Below, in pieces: positions 1-12,427 of a DNA stretch of 64,000 nt. A model generated the notes under the pieces. That model ran no database searches, was not told the origin of the DNA, and saw nothing but the letters and a program-made list of their open reading frames with translations. The stretch lies in NCBI GenBank assembly GCA_002269645.1, contig NIVC01001200.1, forward strand, positions 273,545 through 337,544, in the 5' to 3' direction. How positions within the stretch are numbered: the first letter of the stretch is position 1; each line of letters begins with the position of its first letter. The position numbers and the translations under genes were made by a program. This DNA is from Macrostomum lignano. Taxonomy: Eukaryota.

Positions 1-257
1 CGGGGGAGGCAACAGACCGGAGGCGGCAGTCCCTCAGAACCAAAGCATGTGAGCTACAATCTGTGAAGACGGAAAACTTTCGGTATCACTGAGAATGCCG
101 CCTCTGTCTCCCCGCCCCCTTAGCCATTTGTGCTTGCCTGTGCCGAGTTCTGAGTCAGCAATTGACCACAAAAACTGATTATGCGATTAGAATTATTTAA
201 GAGTTAGCGCCACAGTCCTGACTGCGACTGCCCAGGTGATGAGGTACTCATCTCACC

Positions 258-2328
258 TCAGCACCGGGTCTCGTAAAGGCCGCTCTTGCCGATGTACCGA
301 ACCCACTTGATGACGTCATGATCCGAGTAGTTCAGCTTGGACTCGAACACCTTTAGGTAGCGGACCTTGAAGCCGGACGGAGCGAAGGGCACCTGGAGGA
401 GGTAGGGGTTGTTAATTCGATGCTGTCATCAATACTCCAGCAAGAAATCAATCAAAACTTACTACTCAACATTACTTAATAAGTAGCTGGAAAGGGTATT
501 TTTGACACAAAACAATAAATTTCCAAAAAAGTTGCACTCAAGTTTTTTCTGCTTATCAATACTAAATATTATAGGCGCTAAAGGACCCGGGTTCGATTCC
601 GTGCGATGTGCATGAGAAGGTGTCTGCAAAAAGTATTGCTCAGGAGTCAGCGGTCCGCAACCCCCCTTCGGGTGTTTTTATCGTCAGCTCACCGGACCAT
701 TGGGACCTTCAATACGATGACAACTTTGAGACTCTAGTTAGCCAGTGTCAATTAATTCGGTTCTAGAAATATAGAAAAAAATGAATTCCCAGACATTCAC
801 CTCGAAGTTCATGGAGATAGGCGGCCGAGTCCACTTCTTGGCCTTGTCAGTGGCGCTGAGCATGTCGATCTCCGCGCTCAGCTGCCACTCCTTCATGCCG
901 CCCATTCGCTTGATCTTCCACACGATGGCGTTGTCGGAGGCCTTGTACCTGGCCTTGCCCTTCATGCAGATCACCTGCACTCCGCTGGTGTTCAGCGGGG
1001 TGGGGATTCGAACCTCCACCTTCTGGGCCAGCAGGGACGGCTTGAAGTTGCTCTTCACCACCACCTTGACCTCCATCTTGGTGCGGCCGATCTCGCGCAC
1101 TAGCGGGATGACCCGGAACGGCAGGCTGATGTCCTTGGTGGTCCGGTAGCGCATCAGCTCGAACTCGCCGTCCGGCGGGATGAACGAGATGGCGTGCTCG
1201 GTGTCGAACTTGCTGAGCTTCACGCACTGGTGGAACTGGCAGTCGTCAATGGCGATGTGGCCGGCCTTGCCGCCGCCGCCGAGGTTGCCGCCGCCGGAAG
1301 TCGCGCCCGGCTCCTGCCGCTTGCTGTCCACCACAATCTTGTCGTTGATGCCGAACTTGCACTCGGGCATGCCGGACAGGAACGACTTCATCTGCACCCG
1401 GCCGGACACGTGGGCGGACAGCACCTGGCCTTGAGGCGACATCAGCAGGTTGACGGACTCGATCACGTCGAGGAACAGCTCGTTGCGCCGGTACTTGATG
1501 CCCTCCCGGCGCCAGGCAATCTGTCCCGTGACCTGCGGTGGCGAATCGGCCAATTTTTATAAGTCAGTCTTGACGCTTAGCATCCAAGTGGTAGCAGTGC
1601 CTCAGCAACAGGATATCTTAGCAACAGACAGGGTGCCTAAGGAACGGGCAACTTCCCCTAGCAACAGACAGGGTGCCTAAGGAACGGGCAACTTCCCCTA
1701 GCAACAGACAGGGTGCCTAAGGAACGGGCAACTTCCCCTAGCAACAGACAGGGTGCCTAAGGAACGGGCAACTTTCCCTGACCCCTAGCAACAGACAGGG
1801 TGCCTAAGGAACGGGCAACTTCCCCTAGCAACAGACAGGAGACCTGACAGGCAAGGTCCCCAGAAAACATACCTGGTTAGTAATCTTGGTGGTCTCCTCC
1901 TTAGTCTGGGACTTGATTCCCTGCTGGGTGATGTAGGTCTTGAGAATGCCCGTGTCGGTGTTCTGCGGATAGCCGTAGTCCATGATCTCGTCAAGCAGCT
2001 CATAGATGAGCACAAAGTTATTCTTGATGTTGTCCTCGTTAATCTTGCCAAAGTAGTTGCCCATGACCTCCACCATCTTGTAAAGAAACTGGAACACCAG
2101 GGCGGCATTGACGTTCTTCTTGGCCGCGGCGCAGATCCAAATATTGGATCGCTTGATGTGGAAGAAGCTGGTGTGCGCGATGTTGGTCACCGGCGAGCGC
2201 ACCTGCTGCCTGGCGTGGATGACGTTGACTCGAAAAGCGTCCACGGCGTTGCGCCCGATGTCGTCTCGGTAGACGCGAGAGATCAGCACCTCGCCTTTGT
2301 GGTTGTACACAAATAGGCCGCCTATCAT
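258..2328 (-). CDS. AP2M1: AP-2 complex subunit mu (clathrin adaptor medium chain), 3 exons, 440 aa
   Basis: Exons 2328-1873, 1532-801, 392-258; both introns phase 0 with GT-AG (CAG|GTATGT, GAG|GTGAAT). Translation starts [34 protein letters not shown] and ends [44 protein letters not shown], both recognisable mu2 termini. Confidence 0.96.
1619..1845. repeat. 40-bp minisatellite, about 5.5 copies, in AP2M1 intron 1
   Basis: Unit TAGCAACAGACAGGGTGCCTAAGGAACGGGCAACTTCCCC seen directly. Confidence 0.95.
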
Positions 2329-5300
2329 TGCTGCTGCTGCCAAGGGCTTGGAACCTTTAAATATCCGCAAAAAACTACGCGCGCTGGTTCAGGGTTCAGC
2401 TGAGGGCCACACAATGTCTAATCCTGTCTGACTTCAGGAGAACTGCAGGTTAGGTCAGGTCAGGTAGCCAGCAAGTGGTAACTCATTTAATATGAATTAA
2501 CAATGTTAAAAGTGAAATCTTGGTTAAAACATTTTAATTTTATTTTAACATTATTGTTTTACTGTTCCAATACTTTGCTTACCAACTATGGTCACTTGAA
2601 ATGATATGCTCAAACATTGGATTATGAATATTTAAAATTGATTAGATTGCATGTTTACTCAATGCTCCATATTGTCATTCTCAATGCATTGACTCTAGTC
2701 CCTATCTGATAGGGATGTTGTAAGGATTATTTGATAAGGATAATATTGTGTTTAGGATAGAGAGAGCCCAATTTATTTGTATCAATGCACTTATGAATAC
2801 TTATTCTCTATTTCATCAATTTTCTCTGTTAACTGAGCAGTTTATTTCATTAGATAAATAAAATTTGACAATGAGGCCAATGAGGAAAAGTTAAAAGAGA
2901 AAATGCCTAAAGACAGCTGTCTCATTTCACTAAAGGCCAGAAACATTGTTGACAAGTTCACATCACAAACAACAAAATATTGTCTGCTAAAGGTACTGAG
3001 CTTAGATTAAGAGCTATTCTGGCAAATGTAAAACTGCAAGACAATACTCTGGATAACCACTATAAGCAAGTTGAAGGTCATCAGGAATCTACCAGTACAC
3101 ATTCAAACTAAAAATGAATGGAAAAGCTTGCTTTAATTTGCTAATATAATGAATTACTTTCTTCTTAATTTCTCTTTATATTATATATCAATATATCAAT
3201 ATATCATTGTATCTAATAAATTTTTACTCTGAAAAAAGTTAAAAGAATCTTAATACACTGAATATTCTGAAATAAAATCCATTTTTCCATTCTAAATTAT
3301 CCAAATTCAAACTATTAGACTAATAGAACTTATTGGTACCATTATTTCTAAAGTAATCCAATTATATTTACTGAAAGTTAATTCTTGTTGGATGGAAAAT
3401 AATTTAAAAGTTTTTCTTTTAATAAGTGCCTAAAACTGATAATTTTTATTATTTGTAATTCAAAATAGTTCAGCTACAAAAACATAAAGCTAATTATTAT
3501 AATTATTTTATTATATTCTTTTGGATTAGCAAAGCTTGATATTAGCTGAATATATATATTAAAGTAATTTCATAATATAATTTACTTTAAAGAGAGAACT
3601 AAAATGCTTTTTAACCTTTTTCAAATAAAAAGAAAACAACTACTATGTAATAGACTCAAACTAGTATAGGAGACAAATATAAGATAGCCAAATTTGACCA
3701 TCTGATTTTGTAGTTTCCAAAAACAAATTTGCATAGTCAGTCATATGTTTAATGCTTAGTCAGTGCTGATATACTATACATGTTCTTTGAAGTGGTGTCT
3801 ATATTTTTGTTTTAATCTTACCTACTCCTTAATTGCTTTTTATTTATATATCAATCATGGTAAAATAATGCATTTCTTCTAAATACTGAAGCTTTCTATA
3901 TGTATAACAAACAGTATACTTTTTCCTATAGGGCTTGTATATTGCTTGCAATAATTGCAATTCAATGTTAAGCCAATTGCAAAAACTATAATTCACTTGC
4001 AATCTGCCATGCAATCTACTTACAAACAATTGTCAATATATGTGCAAGATCTATATGCCACTTGCAATCAAGTCCCAATTATTGCAATTTCAGTTGCTTA
4101 GGATATCCCAGGCATCTGGATAAAAAGCCTCATGGATAACATGAGCTCTGTTTAATTGGCCATAGAGCCCAACTCCATCTAGCTATTTGAGCCAGACTAC
4201 CATGTTATACCACCACTATTACCTACAACTTGGACTAGCAAATTGAGCTATAGCTTAATTGGCACTTGGCTGCCAAATGCAAGCAATGACCTGGAGCATA
4301 CATGCGCAACAGTCGGCTGAGTCGGCCGATCTGGCTGACCGATTTGGCGGCCAACCAAAGAAGTCGCAAAAATGCCCAACAAAAAAACCCAAGTAGTAGT
4401 ACAAAGTAGCCGACGAGGCATTTTGGCTAAATAAAACAGTCATAGTTACTCCTGCCGTTTACCCAAAGTTGCGTTAATTTTGTTCTAGGGTTTTTTACAT
4501 ATAAGTCACATTTTTGGCCAAAAAGTACGTCACATTTTTGTTAAAACTAAGTCGCATGGCCAACTGAAATTTGGGGGTTGCGCATGTATGACCTGGAGAC
4601 TGAACTATAGGACCAGACCTAGCAATTACCTGAGCTACTGCTGTGGGAAATCAATGAGAAATTAGCCCCAGCACTAGATACATTAGCAATTGCTAGAAAT
4701 GGACCAGCCTAACCTACCACTACAAGCTAGCAATTGCCACTTTGGCAATTGAAATGGCCACCACTATAACTGCAATTTAGCTCTACAACAAGACTGAAGG
4801 TCAGCAGCTAGGGCTTTGTTATACCTTGGTGGCTCTGGCCATTGACCACTTAGCTATCTAGCATAGAAGGCTACCCATTACCAGTAGAACAACTTTGCTA
4901 CTGTGCTTATATTGCAAGCTTGGCTACAACTTTGGACCAGTCTCAAGTGGCCCTGCTTGACAATATTGCATGCAATATATGGCTGGCCAATTAAGAAAAC
5001 CAAGCCCTAGTGCACTATAGCAAATACCCATAACCCAGCAAAACATAAGTATGGATTTTGACCACATTTTGGTGCTCCTTGACTGCCATATGGTGATCTA
5101 GCATAGCAACCCAGTTGGCCTCAGCAGAAGAGGTGTCACTAGCAGAAAGGGTGGCACTTGACATGCCAGCAGATAGAACAGCAGTGCCAGCACTGGTGGC
5201 AGTCATGGCATTGTTATTGGCATCAGCTTCCTCCGATGTGCGTTGGCTGCCAAGGTCAGCTGACCCTGATGTCTCTCCAACATCAGCATGTAAGCAACTG

Positions 5301-8300
5301 CCTGTGTGCATTGACTCTGCAGCATTGAACTTTGGCAGTTGCTCATTGGCCAGGACCTTTTCAAGCGCCATCTCTAGACACAAAAAATATCTGACCTGCT
5401 GTTGCAGTTCCTCCATCTGTGTGTTGATTTCTTGCAACTGGACTGTATGTCAGTCCAGCTCAGTCTCTGTATATATAGGTGAAAGGAATACATCAGGGGA
5501 GGGAGTAAAAAGTGTTGGCATAGTGGACACAATTACCTTGCACTGGCCAAGAGATATAGCAGCAAGATGTTGCTACAGTTTGAAAGGTATAATACTGCAA
5601 CGATGTGTTCACTTACTTCTGGCATCGGACAAGTCATAGAGGTAGGATGTATCAAGCTGCAGGCCACAGCATGACCTAACCTGCTTATACAATATCAATA
5701 GATAGTGACCCATTAAATATATATGCACCCTTTTTTATGTAGACTTGTAAAAACCTGAATTTTTTCAGACCATCACTGATGGGACAGCAAGCGTCACCAA
5801 TGGGATAATGTTTAGAGTCACAAGTTTATATAACAACATGCACCTATACAGCTTAAGCTTATATATAAGCATCTTAACTACCTAGTTTTGCATTGATAAA
5901 GAAAAGAAAAATTAAGCAAGAAAACTATAAGAGTTATTTTTGGCAAGGAAAAAAAATGCATCCCAGCTTATATTTTAGAACGTTTCTTGATTGCATTTCA
6001 AATGTATTTTGACCACATCATGCCATTTTGAATGTTTCTTGACCATATTTGACCACATTTTGATTATAAGTTGACCATTTTTGATTGCATTTATTTAACT
6101 GCAAAATGGGCAAGGTAGACTGTTTTTTTTACTTTCACAGCAAAATTTTTTGATGGGAAGGACTAAGAGATCCAATGTTCATTTTGTCAAAGCAGCACTC
6201 TTATGCCTATGGTAAAAGAGGCTACCATATTGATTTTTTTAGACTTGTAAAATAAAGACTCATCCCTTTGTCCCAAGACTGGCCCTGACTTTCAACCCTA
6301 AAGTGTTCCTTCATATCATTTTATAATTGTCCTATTTCCTGGGTTTAGTCTTTTTTCTTGTGGTTAGTACATCTTTTACTTTTTCTAGCCTTGTCTCTCC
6401 TTTGCTTGCTTTTTTACTTTATCTATGATTTAAATATATTTCATATATCTACCATTTGCTATTTTGTGTTTAACCATTTCATGTCCTCCCTTGCCCCTCG
6501 GCCAATGCTTGTCCTATTTTAACTAAAACCTACTGTCTAGGTTTGTCCATTGAATATTTTCTGGTTTTTTAAATATACCCACTTTATACTGCTCTACATT
6601 AACTGTTTTTTTTCTTATTTTCTTACTTATTTTTTCTGAATATTCTAGATTATTTTGCATTTTTCTTATTTACTACCCATTTATTGCTTGAACCCCATGT
6701 AGATTAGCCTTTTTGCAATGCAGCTCCTTCATTTTATCATATGCAATCAATTCTAAGCTGAACTTGATCAATAAATAATGATTGTTCAAGTGCATTTATT
6801 CTTTGATAAGCCCAAAGCTTTATCTTAAATTGCCTATGGTTATGGGGAAAAATAACCATATTTTCCAACTCTAAGTAAACTTTAAGAATTAGATATTCTG
6901 TAAATATTATATAAATTATAACTATAATTAGCAATATTATATTACTAATAATAAGCTTCAACATAAATCAATGCACATTAAAACCTTGGTATTAAAGGAC
7001 TTTAATGGCTGTGCCTAATTACAACTAAGCCCTACATAACAATAGTCTTAGCTACCCTTCTTTGAAATTGAAAACCCATAGGCCCTAGCAGATAGAATAA
7101 CCCTATAAACAAAATTCACAAGATTTCACCATGTGATATTTCTTCTAGCTTTAAACATAAAAACTCTAATTCAAATGGCAGTTGAACTTTTTAAATTTTG
7201 AGTTTGCCACAACATTTCAATTTTTTTGTTTTGCAACTACTCTCATCTTACAAATAATCTTAGTTATTAGCCAATATAAGCTAGGCTATTTAGGTCTATG
7301 AATTATTAAGTTTAAAGATTAGGGTATATTAGCAATAGATATTATTTATTCATTGCTTAGTCTTATCAAAAAATAATTGACCACTAAGTTAAATGGCATA
7401 TGACAAGTGAGGTGGGGCGGAGGAGAATTTTTTTTGGAAGGGAGGGTGGTTTTGAAAATTTGCTGACACCAGTGAGGTGGGGCGGATTCCTCGTTTGAAT
7501 TTCCGCCGAATGTTGCGTTCGCACGAATAAAACCGGAAAAATCGCGCAGATGAATCACAACGGAATTTCTTCTCCTTTTCTCCGACTGCCGGGTTCTCAA
7601 GTCCGGGGGGAGGGTAGTCGTAATCGTAGCAGAGCGGTCGTTTAGCGGCTCGGGTCGTTCAAGGGATGAAACACCGGAGATTTCTGGCTCCGTAAATTAA
7701 TGCGTCGATGTGTTGAACTGGTTACTTTCAGTAGGGTAGTTGCTGCCACCACCGTAATTTACGTATTACGGAACGGATAAGTCTCAGAGCTTTCTTTGAG
7801 ATGAGAACTTGGTTATTTTACGCCCCACGGGCAAATGACTCAATAAATGCTATGGCTTATGTCAGCAGATTAAATATGATTCGGAATAATGGTTATGGGC
7901 TTAGTTTATTAATAAAACAATGCAGGCTTATGATTAGTGAATTTGGTTTTAGACGACTGAGATGCTCACGGGCGCCGGTGCGCTAAATAAAACTTAAGAA
8001 ACGAAAACTAGATTAAGGAAAATTAGGTGGTCGAAAACAAAAGGGGTAGGGTGGGGGAGAAAGGTGAAACGGTAGGGGGGGGGGGTTAAAGAAAACAACT
8101 CATGCGCAGTTTATAAATAAGAAGAGAATTACATATACAACAATTGGAAGTTAAGCTGGACAGGCCGTTGGAGCAAAATTTCAGTGCGCGGAAACATTGG
8201 GTGGACGGCTTGCCGCAAAGGAAAAGGGAGAAAAATTATAACAAAATCCACCGCAAGGGGGCGTGTTTTAACACCCAGTGGAAAATAAAAACAGTGGCTG

Positions 8301-8475
8301 GACGGCCACTTGACGGAAAAATGACGCGTTGGAAATTCAATAGATGGATAAAAAAAATTAATGTTTCTTGGGCATGCAAACTAGCGTAATTGTGTGATTA
8401 AATGTTCCACAGTGGCACTCGACTGCCACACAAGTATGAAAACAGAAAAATAGAAGGAAATAGAATAAAAATAAT

Positions 8476-9448
8476 TTGGCATTCCTTTGGTTTACAATCA
8501 TTTTTTCACCCACATTTCGGTTCACGATCCCCATGTAATTTTTCATATAAATGATCATAGCTTGCTTGAAATAAACAAAAATTGTTAAACTGAGCTTATT
8601 CGTTACATAAAAAAAAACTGAACGGAATAGCCGACAAATGGTTTCTTTCATGGCATGGCAATGACGAGGATCCTATATATCCACTTTGGTTTACGATCAT
8701 TTAAACGGAAGCAATACATGTAAATGATTGTGAACCAAAGCTAGCGTATGTGTGTAAGGGGGTTTTGGTGTTTTACAAGCTCTATCTGAAATCGATCACT
8801 ATTTCAATACATGGCTAGCTTTGGTTCACGATCATTTACATGTATTTTTTCCATTTAAATGATCGTGTACCGAAGCTGAAGGGGGGTGTCGAAGACATAT
8901 GTAGTCATATATTTATTTGGTGGCTTGTTGGCGATTGAAATGTCATCTTGAGTTAACGTGCGCTCCCAAGTAACTTGATGCTTTATTATTCTCTGCACGC
9001 TGCCACCCCCCCTCAGCTTTGGTTTACAATCATTTAGATGTAAGCAATACATGTCAATGATCGTGAATCGAAGCTAGCCATGTATTGAGATAGTGATCGA
9101 TTTCAGATAGAGCTTGTAAAACACCAAACCCCCCTTACACACATACGCTAGCTTCGGTACACGATCATTTACATGTATCTCTTCCATTTAAATGATCGTA
9201 AACTGAAGTGGATATAGGATCATCTTTGGATTCTTGGAACTGTGAAATGGATCACTATAACCCCTTTACCTTCTTGTTTCATTTGAACATGCAGCTAGTG
9301 TTATGATGGATAAATAAAAAGGATTGGAGTGCTTGTCTACACTGTTTTTTTTGCATTTTGATGAAATAAACAACAATTTTGTATCTTCCCTATCTCTCCA
9401 ATGGGGATCGTCACTAATTTCAATGATCGTAAACCGAAGGAATGCCAA
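8476..9448. mobile_element. Candidate non-autonomous foldback/MITE-like DNA element with nested inverted repeats
   Basis: Outer imperfect TIRs TTGGCATTCCTTTGGTTTACAATCATT (8476-8502) / AATGATCGTAAACCGAAGGAATGCCAA (9422-9448), TAAT on both flanks; inner inverted arms about 8669-8888 and 9004-9221. Confidence 0.7.
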
Positions 9449-9783
9449 TAATTTTATACTAAGTTTTTTACTACTAGTCTACTAGGGCCTCCAGTCGTCT
9501 TGTCGCTGGATTGACTGGAAGCCAGCCTAAAAGTCTAAAACATGCATGCCTATTCAACTGTTTTAAGGCCTATTTGATTTCTATAAAGCTTTATATTTGA
9601 CGACTGACATAAAAACGAGATAAAAGATTCATAAATAGTTTCTATTTATTTTATAAACACTTCCAAACCAAAAAATGACGTATAAAAACAGATTCATACT
9701 ATGTTTCTTTTTTAATAATAGCCAATAGGTCTACCCTTAGATTTATTGTGAATTTATAAAAAAATGCTCCCTACACATCTACA

Positions 9784-10161
9784 GGGTCTCCCTAAAACAC
9801 GCCCCGCACCGCCCTGCAGCGCTACACATTAAAACAAATTGGACTATAACTGAAGACACTTCAAAATGCGTTTTCTGTTAAGCTTCAAAGTTTTTATTAA
9901 ATTAAGTTTTTTACTATGAAATATAAAATTCGGTGAATAATAAGTGATATTATTAATAATATTAATGAAAAATAATAATATAATTTAATAATGAAAACAA
10001 GAATATAAAAAATAATAACAATATTTATAATATTGTTTAAAGATATTTATTCCATTACTTGTACAACAAATAGTTTTCTTTGCAATCAAATACTGCGTTG
10101 ACAAAAAATGTTATAATGTGTAGCGGTTCGGGGCGGGGCGGTGCGTGTTTTAGGGAGACCC
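9784..10161. mobile_element. MITE, 378 bp, with 9-bp target-site duplication
   Basis: TIR GGGTCTCCCTAAAACACGC (perfect 19 bp, imperfect to about 46 bp) at both ends; ACATCTACA at 9775-9783 and 10162-10170; AT-rich non-coding interior. Confidence 0.88.
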
Positions 10162-12427
10162 ACATCTACATACGTTTTTAAAAAGTTTTAATGGTAAAAC
10201 TAATTAAATACGGCTTTTGCTAGTTTCACAAAGTTATTCTTTTAATTAAGTTTGCAACACAGTAAATAAACTTTATTATTTTGTTTCTTAATCTTTAAAA
10301 GCTTTATTTTTGTACACGATGATTGTATTGAGCGCATTTTTAACATTTGTAAACTTCGCAACTTCCGTTTCCTGGAAGGGTTTTAAGCTAATGCGTTTAA
10401 GCTAGAATATGTTCGCGGTGTTGTAGGGAACACACGCGTCTTTATTTTTTGCATTTCTGTACTACTCATAACAATAAAATGCCCATTAATAAGCAGGGTA
10501 AGTTACTGTTCATGTAATTAATACTAATATGTGACATCTCACACCTGTAAATTGCTACAAAAGTGTTGTTCATTTCATTCTTTTACTGAGGTGTCAAATA
10601 ATATAAGATAGGAAGCTAGCTGAATAAATTAGGAGTTTGGAATATCATTCTACAACACTACTCAAAATGTGTTTTGTCTGTAGCTTTGAAGAAGTAACAA
10701 GTATTTGAATAATTGAATTAATTGATTTTGACTTTCTTAATCTAGATATACTAAATCTCTAAGGTTTGTATGTCCATAACGCTCTAGAGATTGCAATTCT
10801 TGACCAATTGGAATACTATTTTTATTGTTTAATAGGTATTTTTTCATTAGACTAAATGATTTTTGGATTGAGATCTGAATTAAGGTGTTTCATAATTTCA
10901 TTTTTCATATTAGTCTTCATACTATAGTATGAAATACATCCAAACATATAATGTTTAAAATAGGCTAGGCCCAACACATTTTTTGTGAATTAAGATTTAC
11001 ACTATTAGATGTGTTGTTATATGAAAAGGAACTACTATTAATTTTAGGTAAAAATAAATAAAAATGCATATTTTAGTTAAAAATACATGCAACAAGGACA
11101 CCTTGATATCTGAAATGTGTATGGTAAAATATTGTATTTATTATATGCTAGAGGCTTAAGTTCATCACTCGAACGATTCAGGCGTTATTGAATTACATTC
11201 TCAGTTTACTCTGCATGCTTTGCCATTGTCAATCCTGCATGCTGACTTGTCAAATGAGAATGCATGCAATTGAAATTTAGCATTTTTTCTCTGATTCAGT
11301 TATAGTGTCTGCTTGCTTTTTTGAGAATTCACTCAATAATCAAATTTACAAAAAAAAAATTCAAGCAAACAGAAAAATGATGATATTCACTGGCCAGTAA
11401 TAAAACTAATTATAAATGCTGTAAAGTAACAAACGCTGTCAATTTGATTGACATTCTCTGCCACAGATTTATTCACTACACAGATTTTACTCGATTTCGC
11501 CTAAGTAAAAAAGTCGATCACTTGAAATTCTTGGGGCCTCTGGAACAGCCGAGTCCATCATCATTGAGCATGCACCAGCTGCCAGCGTGACAGAAGCGAT
11601 GCCGCCCCCTCCATTTCCGATGTTCTCCGCCTGAGCAGTCCCAAATTCAATGCAGTCTGGAGTAGTTTCCCGTCCCGGCGCCTTCCGCCCTCAGAACTCA
11701 GAGGAGGAGACGCAGCGGCTGTGGGGCAGGAAAGACAGGGGATAATCAATTTGATTGACTAAATGAGTGGTAGGGGAGAGGCGCAGACTCCATTCCCGAA
11801 GACTTGCTGGTTTGGGGACTTGGCCGCAACCAACTCATGCATGAGACTCATTGCACCTCATTGCGCTTCGCTTCCTCTTTCATTCTTGCTAAAGAAAACT
11901 TTTCTGTCAACGAGGTTTCTGCCGGCTTCGCCCCTCCCAGTTCGCCCCGCTGCATCTGCTGACTAGCGGCTGTAATTCAAGTTAGGTTGAAAGAATGAAC
12001 TTTTGCTGCACTGCACCCGAAATTTGTCTTATTAAATGGAATCTCACTAAATTCACGTTTAAAACACTGAAGTTTCATAGAAACTTGAATTATTACATGT
12101 CTGCTGCTCTGGACAGTGAAATTATATCGTTAAAAAAAACCAACCTTCTTAGAAACCCGACCTTTCTGTAGCAAAAATCAATGAAGCAGATTTGATATCC
12201 GGATCTACTTTAATCTTTAGGATCTCAGTTCAAGGCAACGCCGTATGCCTTTGCCAGCCCTTTCACCCATAGTCTGCGTCACCGATCCAAGTGACAGGCT
12301 CTAATCCGATCAAACTTATTTAGGTTTGTGATTAACACTGCAACTATAAGCTATATTGCTGCTAGTATCAATTGGGCAAATTTGCCAGCGCTCACGCATG
12401 TCTACTGTGCTCAATTCCGTTTGACAG

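Noticed and set aside
7752-7771. CCGTAAT/ATTACGG hairpin as a Helitron 3' end
   Set aside because: No CTRR terminus at the expected distance on either strand and no Rep/helicase remnant.
12090-12290. Candidate DLG start exons (ATGTCTGCTGCTCTGGACA|GTGAAA; ATGCCTTTG...CCAA|GTGACA)
   Set aside because: Both are phase-compatible but have weak donors and no similarity to the MPVRKQ-type start; they cannot be chosen without transcripts.
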